From positions 24,614,001-24,678,000 of the forward strand of contig NC_091289.1 in NCBI RefSeq assembly GCF_032444005.1: a DNA stretch of 64,000 nt, in the 5' to 3' direction. The stretch's first letter is position 1; the number at the start of each line of letters is the position of its first letter. The stretch comes from Ranitomeya imitator. Taxonomy: Eukaryota. This document shows, in pieces, positions 37,391 through 50,463 of the stretch. Under the pieces are notes generated by a model, which worked only from the letters and a program-made list of their open reading frames with translations, searched no databases and had not been told where the DNA came from. A program made the position numbers and the translations under genes.

Positions 37391-40218
37391 ACTCAGCTCT
37401 GGTCACTTGCTCCAGATTCTGGTCACTCGACTCTTCACTCAGGTCTGGTCACTCGGCTCTGGTAAATCGATTTGGCGGCCATCCAGCTACGGGTTCAGGC
37501 ACCAACTCCTCCCCTTCACTACCCACCTGGGCCTTTTATAATTATTAACTGCACCACAGCTGTCACCTGACCTGGTGTCTCCTGCAATCTCTTCCCCCTC
37601 AGGAGTCAGGCACTTCGTTATGCAGTTCCTGTTGGTGCAATCCTTTCTACTTTTTCTTTTCCTACCATTTTTGCCTAGTTGATGGCAACGCTGACTTGCA
37701 GACATCTTGTTATGCATTACCTGTGGCATTCTTCCCTTTGTATATCCCCTTACAGTTTGCTTCATTGAATGCTGTAATTATGCAGATATTCTCCACTAGA
37801 GGTTCTATGTAAAATTTCCCTGTCCACGTCTGTGGCCAGCGCAAATATTCTGGACATTCCAAAGATATGACGCAAAGGTCAAAGGGGACTGAAGGTCAGA
37901 CTGAAGTCTTCTGTGTGCATTGTTCATACCACGGAAGCCTAGATAAGCCAGTCAATAACAGAAGAGGATCCTGGCTATTACTTCTGAGTGTTGAGCCCAG
38001 TAACCAATGTGCTCTCTCTATATTTCCCCACTGACTTGCACAATTTGCTACAAATCAAAGGTCCTGCCAGGTCTTTCAGTCTCCTCTATCTCCACCTTCC
38101 TGATAACAAGATGTGGTGCTGATAAAATTATCTGATAAGTGTCTGCCTCTGCAAACATTCATCTCTTTACACGGGAGACTCTGAGCTTCTATGGCCGACA
38201 GAGCTGCATCTAGGTTGCATATTTTGCTTGGTCTGCATTGAGTTTTCCTATTAGTGGTGGTTTGATATTTGAAGGGTTAACATATTTAGTTGGTGTGTCA
38301 TGCAACAGACTTTCCTGTGTAGTGCACAAGATATCAGCTATTTGTCTTGTCCAGGTTGTGCAATCACCATGTGAAACAGAAGATCCCAGCTGGAGAGCAA
38401 GATGTGGGAACCAGACTAGGATGATATCTTTCCGAGGAGGATGAAATTCAGAGTCCATCATACACATTAGACGCCTATCAGCCCATTGATGGTTTGGCCT
38501 ATCGTCTGGCCTACAGCCATAGCGGCCGTCTGTGCCATAAACAGGAACGCTTGTTCAGCCAAGAGCCGTCGCCAGACATGTCTGACGGCAGCTTGTTTCC
38601 AAGAGACAATATGATCTACATTCTGAAGTTGGACATGCTGGATCGATATTTCCCTGATAATAAATTGTCTTGGGCTCCCATACAGTTTAGACTTTCGTCC
38701 GAACCCGACTATGTTGGCGGACGTCAGCCAACATTAGTCTCGTGTGTATGGGGACTTTACTTTATAAGTCCTGGAACATCTTCCATTTAAAGTTGCCATC
38801 TCTTTTGGGACCACTAAAGACTTGTCAATCGTCCCCATGAGTTCATTTTCCTGGTGTCCCATAATTCTACTGCATCTCTTTTATTCTGCACGTGTCACCA
38901 TTTCCCAGTCACAGAAACCAAGGAGGTTACTGCCATCGCTGATAATTCCTTAGATGCCCAACACAAGAACATATCGAGATCTCGTGGTTTCTTGCAAAAT
39001 GGTACAAAACTCCCTAAAAGAAGAAACCTGGCCGAAGCCAAAGCACCAGTGGCTCATATCTTGTGGCCATTGGTGATGGTCCAAGTCCAAAGACCTTCTA
39101 AATTCAAAGTTCCAAGTTTAAGCCATTTAAAGATATTGTCTCACCAAGTCAACCCATTTTTTTAAATTGATTTCCACCAATTTGGGTTCTTTCGAACCAA
39201 CAACCTGCTATAATTGATGATATGAAGATTGGTGACCATTTAAATGAATGGCTATCTATGTAACATGTGGACATGCCAGGTCTTCCAGAGTGAGATCAAC
39301 TTTCCTCATATGTATCAGGGGGGCAATTACAAGTTGACAAGTCCCAATCAGTGATGCCCTCAAGGAACATATGGATTGAGGCTTTCATCCAAAGACACCC
39401 CTTTTAGGTATTCAATACACCACCAGAAATTTTCATTTCTCCTTTTGAGACCTCTTTTACTTCGGAAATCTTCCAACAACTCTTGCTTCTGAGAGGTTTC
39501 TAGGGGGCTTAGCTGGCATCGGAGAGAAAGCGAGAGAGTTATCGGGAGGCTTTCCCTATTCCAGGAGGTCTGCACATCGGATCCATGTAGCTGTTATCAT
39601 TTTCCAGATCGAGGAGAGAGATTTCAGCAATGTCCATGATGTCCTTGTATCATCAGCATAGTTTACTCTGCCGGTATTTATGACTCCTTAGGAGGACACG
39701 TAGTAAATAGTTCTCGCCCTTTCCATAATCCCATGTTTATTGCTGCTCCCCTGACCAAAAACAGCAGGTGGTGATATATAGTATGTTTGTCCTTCGTGTC
39801 ACCATGGGGGTCTCAAGAAAAAGACATCAAGAAGACATCAGAGGGGGAAATTGCTCCATGATGATTTCAACCAAACTTAGGAGGATCTGGGGTGATAATT
39901 ATTGACCCAAAACTACAACTAGCAATTTTCTTGCACTCTTGTGTGTAAATAGCCCTAGCCCTGCTGACCATGGTGGGACACAAAACAGCAAGGGACCTCA
40001 GGTCTCCTAAATCTGGTCATGGACATTAAAGGTTTTGCTAGTTTCAGTGGAATTCAAGATCAAACACATTGGGTAAAACCTATGGAGTTGTTTGTGTTTC
40101 CTGGAGATAAGTGGAACCAGAGCTGTTGGACAGTCGCTTATCCCTTTTTCTGTTGCAATTTCCATGTATGTGTGAAGTCAAATATGTATGTTCTTAGGGG
40201 AATTGATAGAGATTACTT

Positions 40219-40430
40219 GGGGAATTTGGTCTCATAGCTGTTTACTAACCAGGGGGGGAACATGGGGAACATAACATGGGGAATTTGGTCTCATAGCTGT
40301 GTACTAACCAGGGGGGGAACATGGGGAACATAACATGGGGAATTTGGTCTCATAGCTGTGTACTAACCAGGGGGGGAACATGGGGAACATAACATGGGGA
40401 ATTTGGTCTCATAGCTGTGTACTAACCAGG
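40219..40430. repeat. 59-bp minisatellite, 3.6 copies
   Basis: GGGGAATTTGGTCTCATAGCTG at 40219, 40278, 40337, 40396. Confidence 0.95.
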
Positions 40431-40820
40431 CCAACAACTGTCAGCTATCGCACGACTTCAGCCATCTTAAAGTAAGGCTTTGTTCACATGTGACACTTTT
40501 AGCGTTAGAATTTCTGCAGCCAAAACACTGTGTATAAAACATCTATTTTCTGAGGTTTAGACATATGATTTGTCTACAGAACCTGGTAATAAAGTTAGTT
40601 CTAATCACCAAAAACACTGCAAAAAAATGTTTACAAATGTTTTTTTTTTTCCAGTTTCTCATTACTTTTAATGGGTAAAAATATGCTGCAAAAACGCTGA
40701 AAGAATCGACATGCTGCAGATTTTCAAAAACCCTGCAGTTCTCCAATTCCGTCTTCGGGAAAAAAAAAAAGCTGCACCGCCTAGGATTTCTTAAATCTCA
40801 TAGCTTTTGTCTGTACTTAA

Positions 40821-41399
40821 AGGGATTTTTCCATGAACAAAGTTAATTTTAAAGTTGATGTGAATCAATAAATCTTGGAATACTAATACTTTCCACAATT
40901 GGATGTGTTTAAAAAAATTCTTCCTGTGCTGAGATAATCTTATAAATGTGCCCCTGCTGTGTACTGTGTAATGTCTGTGTCTGACCGTACAGGAACATGG
41001 TCTGATCATACCACATCTCCTGCATGGGGGGGAGGGGGGGACACGAGTATACAGATATTACAGCACGGGATCACAGCTGATTCTTTTGGTGAGCTAAAGC
41101 ATTTCCCTGCCTGTTTTTAAAAAATGTTTTACCTAAAAAAAAATATATATATATATATATTTCCGGTCCCCCTAAATTAATGTCTGTATACTCTTTTGTT
41201 TCCTCTCCTGCTCAGGAGCTGTGGTATGATCAGGCCATGTACGGTCAGACACAGCCATTACACAGTACACAGCAGGGGCACATTTATAAGATTATCTCAG
41301 CACAGGAACATTTTTTTTTTTAAACGCATCCAATTGTGGAAAATATTATTATTCCAAGATCTATTGATTAAAATCAACTTTGTTTGTGGGACAATCCTT
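40821..41399. mobile_element. T2/Kolobok-type MITE with ~200-bp TIRs
   Basis: TTAA|AGGGATT...AATCCTT|TTAA; long inverted arms (e.g. CTGTGCTGAGATAATCTTATAAATGTGCCCCTGCTGTGTACTGTG and its complement). Confidence 0.8.
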
Positions 41400-41413
41400 T
41401 TAAAGGTATGCGC

Positions 41414-42212
41414 TGTTGTGAATTCCGCTCTTGGGCTCCCTCCGGTGGTTGTAAGTGGCACTTTTGTGAGTTCTGCTCTTGGGCTCCCTCCGGTGGTTTT
41501 AAGTGGTATGGCTGCTCCTTGGATTTAGCAGTCTGCAGCTGCTTCCACTGATTGTCTTTCTGCTCGGCTATTTATGCCTGGCTCTTCCCTTCAGCCAGTG
41601 CCACTTGTCAATGGTTCCTGGTTGGATTCACATCTTTGCTTGGATTTCCCTGATATCCTGACCAGTTCAGCAAAGATAAGTCCTTGCTTTGCTCTTTTCT
41701 GTCCACATGTTGTGGACTTATTCGTTCTGTGCATTCTATGTTTTGTCCAGCTTGTCAGTATGGATTAATTCAGTTAAGCTGGAAGCTCTGGGAAGCAGAT
41801 TTACCCTCCACACCTTTAGTCAGGTGTGGAGATTTTTGTAAACTCTGTGTGGATTTTTGTAGTGTTTTATACTGACCGCACAGTATTCCGTTCTGTCCTA
41901 TCTATCTAGCTAGACTGGCCTCCTGTGCTCCATCCTGGTTTCATTCTGTGTATGTCTTTTCCGTCTCCACTCACAGTCATTACTTGTGGGGGGCTATCTA
42001 TCCTTTGGAGATTTTCTCTGAGGCAAGATAGTTTTCCTGTTTCTATCTTTAGGGGTAGTTAATTCTCAGGCTGTGACGAGATGCTTAGGGAGTGACAGGA
42101 GCATCCCACGGCTACTTCTAGTGTTGTGTTGAGCTTAGGGACTGCGGTCAGTACAGGTACCACCTCCTTCAGAGCTCGTCCCATGTTGCTCCTAAACCAC
42201 CAGATCATAACA
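41414..42212 (+). mobile_element. Solo LTR (799 bp) with 6-bp TSD, inserted in a Harbinger-like MITE TIR
   Basis: Termini TGTTGTGA...TCATAACA; ATGCGC on both sides; ~47-bp duplication near the 5' end. Confidence 0.8.
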
Positions 42213-43187
42213 ATGCGCGCACGTTAAGTATTTGGTGCCGAAAATTTCTGCATCTCTTGGCGGGAAAAACGCAGCTGCAAAAACGAGTGTTTGTGCATTT
42301 TTTTGCTTTTTTAAGGGAAGGTTTTGCCCCACTCTTTAGTAATGGTGAAAACTGCAGCAAAAACATTGACAATCGACATGCTGCAGATTTAGAGATCGGC
42401 GAGTCACAAGTAAGCAACGTGTGCATGAGACTTCAGGTTTCTCCTCCACTGCCGACATAGAAGGGACAAATTTACTCTAGAAAAAGTCGTAAAATAGAAA
42501 GCAAATCTACATCACTTTCTGGCACACAGGTTGGCAGACATAACCCTCCTAATAAATTGGGTTAATCTAGTGCAAAAAAAATTATTAGTCATTCCAAAAA
42601 TACTAAGATATTTTCTTAAATCGCTTCCTACAATCCCGAAATATGGGGTCTGTAACCCCGGACGAGGCTCATCTTAAATGGTGCGGAGGAGCGCATGCTC
42701 AACCTCTTCTCCATTCATTGTCTATGGGACTGCCGGAGTACAGTACTTGGCAGCGATCAGTTGACGGACGTCCGTTAGCTGGTTACATCTTTTCATGTTG
42801 CACATAGATAGGGCACGTGTTGCTGACAATATGCAAATGGTATCCCCCCCTCCTTTATAAAGAATGGAGCGAGAACTGAACGATTTCTTTTTATCGCCGG
42901 TCAGCTCTCGTTTTGGGCAGGAGCCTCCTTTACTATAGGCCTGGTGCAAAACGAGCAACTAGCTTTTCTGCTTTGCAAAACTATGTCACGCAGCTATTAA
43001 ATGTGATTGGGTGTGTGCGCTAATGTCTTCAAAGGTGTGACAAGCTTGTAAAAGTTATCTTATGCCTAGGGAGTGTGTAAAATTTCACTCAAACCTACAC
43101 ACCCATATTCCATTGAACTTAATTAAGGTTGATGATTTCTTATCTCATCAACCTTTTATGTGTTTATTATGTTTGGGCAGAACTGTT

Positions 43188-43361
43188 NNNNNNNNNNNNN
43201 NNNNNNNNNNNNNNNNNNNNNNNNNNNNNNNNNNNNNNNNNNNNNNNNNNNNNNNNNNNNNNNNNNNNNNNNNNNNNNNNNNNNNNNNNNNNNNNNNNNN
43301 NNNNNNNNNNNNNNNNNNNNNNNNNNNNNNNNNNNNNNNNNNNNNNNNNNNNNNNNNNNNN
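43188..43361. other. Assembly gap (174 N)
   Basis: Run of N. Confidence 1.
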
Positions 43362-43845
43362 CCCCCCGCTGTGATAGTCATCCGCCCTAAACTTTATTGA
43401 ACCAGATGAATTATTTAGCCCTGTTGCGTTTCCGAAGCCTCGAATTCTCGACGTCGCGGACGAGAAGCAGAAACAGAAGGTCATGGATTTCATAACACAA
43501 GAATACATAATGTCGTAGATCTACTCTGTCTTGCGTCGACACGTTTCGTGGTTTACCATACAATCGTATGGAAAATTTCCAGCTTGCCCAAAGGCAACGA
43601 ATAGAAACAAAGTTGTTGTTTTTTTCCCCACGTTTTTTTTTTTTTCCCCATTAGTCAGTAACAGAAGTTTTTTGCTCATAGTCCTCTTAAAGAGAAGCTA
43701 ATGCTATCATAAAAATGACCTGATGTTTAAATAAGGTTTTATGTTGCATGTATTTTATTAAAAAATCAGTTTTTTTTTCTTTCATATCACGATTTTTATT
43801 TAAAAAAAAATTGGTAATCTTGCAATTTCTACTCTTTTGCTTTAA

Positions 43846-44258
43846 AGGGAACCTGTCACCCTGTTTTTTGAGATTGAGCTATAAATACTGTTAAATAGGG
43901 CCTGCGCTGTGTGTTCCTATAGTGTATGTAGTGTACCCCGATTCCCTATGTATGCTGAGAAATAACTTACCAAAGTCGCCGTTTTCGCCTGTCAATCAGG
44001 CTGGTCAGGTCGGGAGGGCGTGGTGACATCGGTGGTTCTTCCTCAGCTTTACGTTGGTGGCGTAGTGGTGTAGTGGTGAAGACACAGCGCGCGATCTGCG
44101 CTGTAATCCCTTGCATCGGTGGGGGCGGCCATCTTCCTGGGGCCGCGCGTGCGCAGATCGAGTGCTCTGCTGCACGGGGCTTCAGGAAAATGGCCGCGGG
44201 ATGCCGCGCGTGCGCATTAGAGATCGCGGCGGCCATTTTCCCAAAGCCGAGATGCAAA
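43846..44258. mobile_element. Left arm of a CpG-rich T2/Kolobok-type MITE
   Basis: TTAA|AGGGAACCTGTCACC start; internal inverted GCGGCCAT(C/T)TTCC / GGAAAATGGCCGC motifs; truncated where the RTE tail begins. Confidence 0.6.
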
Positions 44259-44261
44259 CCT

Positions 44262-44510
44262 TTTTTTAAATTTTTTAACGGCCTTTGGCTCCATCTCGAG
44301 CCACGGCGGCTTGATGGATGAACGTTCTGTAGGAAGATTGATCTTGTACAAACCTAGATAGGTCCACCAGGGTCTTCTCAGCTGTTATCCTGATGGTATC
44401 AAGCCATCGGGTTGCTGGTCTTCCTCTTCGCCTTGATCCTTCTATTCTTCTGACCATGATGTCCTTCTCCAGTGATTGCTCTCTCTCTATGATCCTGGAG
44501 ACGAGGTGTC
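44262..44510 (-). mobile_element. RTE-clade LINE 3' fragment
   Basis: Minus frame EQSLEKDIMVRRIEGSRRRGRPATRWLDTI...DLSRFVQDQSSYRTFIHQ*, the conserved RTE ORF C-terminus, followed by an A-rich tail. Confidence 0.8.
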
Positions 44511-45893
44511 CGAAATGTCCTTATGAGAAGGCCAGTAATATAAAGGACCCATGACAGTTGGGTGATCTCTTGAAGATTATGTATTTGGGCCAATGAACTT
44601 CAGGTTACGTCACTGATCAAAGCTGATCCTACTCCCCATCCCGTTACAAAGACCATTGCACATGCTCATTAGATGCCTCCATTCAAAATATCAAGAGTCT
44701 GTTCATTGTGGCTAATGTGCATTCAGAGTCTGTTCTTTGTGGCTTTTGTGCATGTGTTGTTTCCTGAAACCGGAATTTCGAGTCGAAAAAAGTCACTAAT
44801 GACCAGTGTGAAAACGGCAAGAGTTCTATTTTTTTTTTTTTTTTTATTATTTTTAATACAGATTATGACATGAAAAATAAAATGGCAATTAAAAAAATGT
44901 GTAACGCAAAAATTTTATTTAAACAATAGGTCATTTGTTGATATTTTCTCTTTAAACGAGCCACATTCACATTCTCAGTCTTTTGCTATTTTTCTTAAGT
45001 CCTTTCTCAATCCAAACAGGAACCCCAATAGAAAAATGAAACTTGGTTAACTTTTCCCTGTAAAAAAAAAAAAAGTGATCTGTAGTTTCCAGCTTTAAAC
45101 CTCCTACGCTCAGCATGCTCTTACAGCCACAAGCTACTAGGAAATGCTGGGAGTTATAGTTTCCCGACAACTCGAGAGCCACCAGTTGCAGATTTCTGCC
45201 CCATAAAGTCATGTACATCAGATAGGTGTAGTCCAATGTGAAGCGACCTGCAAATTTGTCTGGCAGTGCATTGTGGGCGTGTCTATTCTATCCAGGTGTA
45301 CTGACACACCCCTATTGCACTTCCAGGCTAATTTGCGTGTGACTTAGAAGCTTGATTTCTCAGCACTAGCACATCAGACTGCTACAAGTCAGGTATTATT
45401 GTTATTGTTGTCTAGGACCTATACAGAAATGCCGCACATTTTAGTAGTAAAATCGTCCCTTTTTAACTGAGCTGCTATATGTAGAACCCAAGATAATAAA
45501 AAAAATGAGCAAATACCCTGTAGTAAGTAAATAAATAGCAATAGTGCATGTAAATTACATAGGGTACTTAGTTAACATTGTTTTGATTACAAAATAAATG
45601 TAAACGTCATCCAACCACGACAAGGTGACCCCAATCGGGACAGTACCCAACTCTTGTAGTCCACTTCACTATGTGCTTTTATGTTTTTTGTTGTTGTTTT
45701 TTAATCAAAACAATGTTATCCAAGTTCCCTGTGTTATTTATATGTACTATTACCATTTATTTGTTTACTACAGGGTATTTACTCATTTCATTTTCATCTT
45801 CTGCTTGATAAATGGTCACCTTGTGAGCGCACACCTATACATTGCACATATACCAACATATGCTCCTGCTCGATTCTTTTTTTTATGTTTTAG

Positions 45894-46037
45894 AGCTGCT
45901 AAAGGTGACACTTGAGAGATATGGGGACATTTTTGTTGCTTCTCTGAGAGAGAGGAAGGAAGTAAAGAACATTACAAAGAAAGTATCAGTGGTAAATAAT
46001 ATGTCAGATTGCAGAATTTCTAGGGAGCAGCATCTGG
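45894..46037 (+). other. Candidate 144-nt coding exon (phase 1-1), product unknown
   Basis: TTCTTTTTTTTATGTTTTAG acceptor, TGG|GTAAGT donor, single open frame LLKVTLERYGDIFVASLRERKEVKNITKKVSVVNNMSDCRISREQHL. Confidence 0.3.
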
Positions 46038-47821
46038 GTAAGTCATAAAATGATCACTAGGGGGTAATCTTAATTTGGCCACTTGGGGCAGTGTTTCTGC
46101 TAATTAAATTGTGCCTCGTGCAGCCACTAGGGGCGCCGCTTCTGTCGGTGAAAGCCATTAGCGGCAATGTTTTTTGCAATTTGAATTGTACTCAATGTGG
46201 CCACTAGGGGCAGTGTTTCGCTCGCGTAAAACTCTTTTTATTTTTTTTTGTTCTGCTGAGAAACCCGAATGCTCGCTGTGAGGTTTATTGCACAGTGTGC
46301 AGTATAATAACTGCTTTTGATTATGGTATATTAAAAATCCAGGTTTGGCAGAATTCCTCTTAAGCTTAAGCCAAGACAAACCGCCATTAGATGAGACCTT
46401 GCCTCAAAACAGCTGGCGTACCACTAGGAATTCCCATTGTCCTTCGTACCCTCGGCCACATTTCTGAAAATGAGAACCGCCGAACAACAAAAGTGGGTCA
46501 TAGGCACAGATGTATGACCCTGATTCGATGAATGGGTCTAATATTTTTGGAATTGTTAGAACTTTTATATTCCCTGATTTAAAAAAAAAAAAAAATCTGC
46601 AGCCGTATACGGGAAATCTATAGCCGAAAATCTAGTATTAGGCCAACGTCATGACTTCCCATCTGTTCCATGTTATAAATGATTCTGTTATCATACCAAC
46701 CACATTATTTATGCAAGACCATAGACGCCTGTATTACGTTACCAACCACCCTTGGGTTATAGTGGCCATATCAATACTATGATGACCACCTTTGCCCATA
46801 ATTTACAGAAATTAGTTTAAGGGACTGTCCATAGCTAAGAAAGTATTTTTATTGGTAGAATCTACTTTTTTTCTTGTTCCTGAGACCCCCAGTGATCAAC
46901 TCTGCAAAACCACCAGGCAACATACTCTGCAGTGCCTCCAGAGGGGAAATGAAGTATTACATGTTGACTCACGCTGAGTCCTCCAAAAATGGAGGCACTT
47001 GTAGCTGATTTTTTTTCCTGTGAATAGTAGAAAGGGGAATATATAATAGACCCTTTCCATTAAAAGGGTTTTCACAATATCTCACTTTATTCTCTATCCA
47101 TAGGATAGGGGCAAGGGCGGACATATCATTGGTGCAACCAGGGGTCCAAGAGGTAATGGGGACCATTTCCAGCCCCAAAGCAGGTGGAATTGTGCATTAT
47201 GATGAACTTTTGGGCTGCAAAGTGTCAATTTATTGTTCTTGCACAGGGGCCCTTTTCTGTCTGGGTACGGGGATAACTTTCTGATTGCTGGGACCCACAT
47301 TGATCAGCAGTAAAAGGCTCTGGAAGCCACGTCTTGAACGGAGTAGGGTTGTACATGTTCAACTTCAGCTCCATTCATTGTCTATGGGACTGTTGGAGAA
47401 AGCCGATCACAGTGATCTCTGTTCATTGGCAGTGGGACTGCTGGTAAAAGCTGGAGAGGTCGAGCCTGGATACCTGCTCCACTCGAGACTGGGCTCTGCA
47501 GGACAACATTATCAAGTTGACCCTAGGCAGAAAATTTTTCCGGACGAGAATCTCTGATTTGGGGAAAACCTCTTTAAGGCCTCATTCAGGCATCCATTTT
47601 TCTCACATTATTTTGATCAGAGTGTACTGAATTTTTCTCATACGTGAAATTTTTTTAAAAAAAGTTTCTCCCTTTTCTCCTGTGTGATAGTCCATGAAAA
47701 TTAGACTTCACTCAGGAGGCATCTGAGTGCTTTCCAATTTTTCCAAGGACCCATAAACTTGCATAGCCAATTTTCATCCAACCCTCAAATCAAAATGGGA
47801 CATGTCTCCCTGATTTTCTGT

Positions 47822-48046
47822 CGGTAAGCCAAACCTCCACCTCTAACTCCGACTCCTCAATTTCCATGACACCGACTCCACCGCAGTGGACTCCGACTCT
47901 GGCTCCACGACTCCAACTCCACAGCCCTGCCAGGTCCGTGGAGTCGGTAAGCCAAACCTTGGACTTCGACTCCTCAATTTCCATGACTCCGACTCAAACT
48001 CCACTAAAATGTGCTGTGACTCCATGACTCCGACTCCACAGCCCTG
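47822..48046. mobile_element. Two adjacent copies of a small hAT-like MITE built from (CC)GACTCC repeats
   Basis: Right ends CTCCACAGCCCTG at 47929 and 48046; left end CAGGTCCGTGGAGTCGG at 47931. Confidence 0.55.
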
Positions 48047-49789
48047 TGCGAAAGATCACGGACATGTGAATGAAGCATGGATAGCACTCGTATGCGGGGA
48101 TCGAACATCTGCATGAGTCCTAACTCAGAATGTCCTAGTAGGGCTGTAGAAAGGGTCTTTTTTAAATTAAGCTACCCTCTTAAAGAGAACCTTTCACTAA
48201 TTTTTTTTACTTTAAACCGAGTATGTCCTCTAATTGCCGCTGCCCCACTGATTCTGGAACAGTTTTTCTTTTCTTTCTGGACCCCTCCGTTCCAAAGTTA
48301 TACCCCTTTTAATAATAGTGCACATTTCCCCCTTCAGCCGACTGGGCGTGTACCACAGAACTTCATTGTGGGTGTGGCTTTATTTTGATTGGTGGGTATC
48401 AGAGGGAAAAAAAAAAAGACGTTGAAGAGACAATTTGCACCATTATTACCAGGGGGTATAACTTTGGAACGGAGGGGCGCAGAAGAAAAAGAAAAACTGT
48501 TCCAGAATCAGTGGAACAGTGAGAATTGGAAGAGTTTTTCAGTATAGATTTAAAAAAAAAAAGTGTTTTTTTTTGTTTTTTTTTTAATCAATAGATCCAA
48601 TCGTTTCCATTTTCATCTATTAAAAATATCTACCAAAAAAAAATCTAAAGGACTTTTGAGGATCTTTTCTGTGTCCATCCTTCAACCCCCGTAATCTAAA
48701 GGCTGCCTCAAATAACCCACGTCTTCTTAAGATAAAAAAGCAACATAAAACAGATGCTGGATACAAAGCGGTAACTTAATATGGAAAATATGTTCTTGTT
48801 TGGTCGTCGACCAATTAGATCTGTTGGGGGAAAAAAAAAAAGCAGCGCTTTATCGTTGTCCTCTTAATTTTTGTATCGTCGCCAGATGTTTAGCACCAGG
48901 ACTACGCCGTGCGCTGTTTCAATGGGTGGTGTTTGGGCTAAACACCCAGAGGGGTTATTGATCTGTTAGGGGAGGTGGGTTTCTATGTGAGTGGATGATG
49001 GGAGGCAGCCAGTGACCAGTGGTAGGGTCCCAGGGCAGACTGGGGCTTGCTGCTGACATCACTGCAGCATTATCATTCAGCAGAGGCGGCTCTGCAACCA
49101 GCGCACACTCTGGCACAGGGAGAGAAGCTGCCAATTACCCTCCATAGGGCTGAGCATTGCCTCTACAAGATCTGACACAGCAAATTGGACATAACATTGC
49201 TGCTGCTACAAAGGGTCACTTACATAGAAGAAAAGGAGCCCCGAGACCCCCTTGTGTGCACTGGATCTTATCCTGCTGGGAGAGAAAAGAAGGTTTGGGA
49301 AGAAGGGGGGAGTTCTTCTGAAAGCCCCAGCCAGAAAGGGCAGGAATCACACTCGTCCTGCTGATGGCTTGCTGCACAGTACTCTTCTCCTCCGCCAGCA
49401 GCCTGCTGCTTGATGTGTGGCTCTGCTCTAAAGGGCTCTGACAAAGCTCCACTGCTCATTTCAGCTCAAGTGACTCCCAATGACTTGTCAAGCTGAGCAG
49501 CAGAGCAGAAGGCTGCATGGGCAAGTGTGTGTGAGGCTGGAGCAGCATGGAAGAGGAGGGCAGCTCAGTCAGTGAGGAGCAGGAGATCTGAGGTCCTCTG
49601 CCTGGGCTCTGGACTCTGCTGCTGCTGGTAGGTGGCATCTTCTTATTTCAGGGCTGCACAATCACACTTGGGGTTTGTTGTCTGTGACTTACTGTCTTCT
49701 GTACTTACAAAGTAGATGTGGCATGGGCATTATATATAGACCTATAGGATACATTGGAAGACAGATTCTATAGCAATGTATATTACTCT

Positions 49790-50463
49790 ATCACCTTTAT
49801 ATCATCTATTATCTATCATCTATCTATTTATTATCTATCATCTATCTCTGTTATCAAACTATTTATCTATCTCTCTTCTATCTATCTCTATTATCTATCT
49901 ATCTTCTATCTAGCTATGATCCAATCATCCATTATCTATTTATCTAGTGCGTACCTATCTATTTCTATCCCCTACCCCATGACTATTTATCTAGCTATCT
50001 TTTTCTATCATCTATCTATTATCTATCTATTATCTATTTATCTCTCTATCTATCTATCTATCTATTATCTATCTATTATCTATTATCTATCTCATCTATT
50101 TTCTATCTATATCTATCTATTATCTATCTCTCTATTATCTATCTCTCTATTATCTATCTCTGTATTATCTATCTATCTACCTCTCTATCTATCATCTATC
50201 TATTATCTATCTATCCATCTCTCTATTATCTATCTCTCTATTATCTATCTATTATCTATTATCTATCTATCTATTATCTATCTATCTATCCATCTCTCTA
50301 TTATCTATCTCTCTATTATCTATCTATTATCTATTATCTATCGATCTATTATCTATCTCTCTATTATCTATTATCTATCTCTCTATTATCTATCATCTAT
50401 CTATTATCTATCTATTATCTATCTCTCTATTATCTATGTCTCTATCTGTATATCTCTCTCTCT
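49790..50463. repeat. Degenerate (TATC/GATA)n microsatellite, ~670 bp
   Basis: Continuous TATC, TATCTC and TATTATC variants. Confidence 0.95.

Noticed and set aside
39649-39660. YADD reverse-transcriptase motif on the minus strand
   Set aside because: Isolated; no QG..LSP or other RT motifs at the expected spacing, and stops nearby.
36898-40430. CRISPR-like appearance of the 31-bp and 59-bp arrays
   Set aside because: Head-to-tail repeats with no unique spacers, eukaryotic context, no cas genes.
49400-49633. GC/purine-rich stretch ending in a donor-like CTG|GTAGGT (possible first exon)
   Set aside because: Few CpGs, only very short ATG-initiated frames, no independent support.
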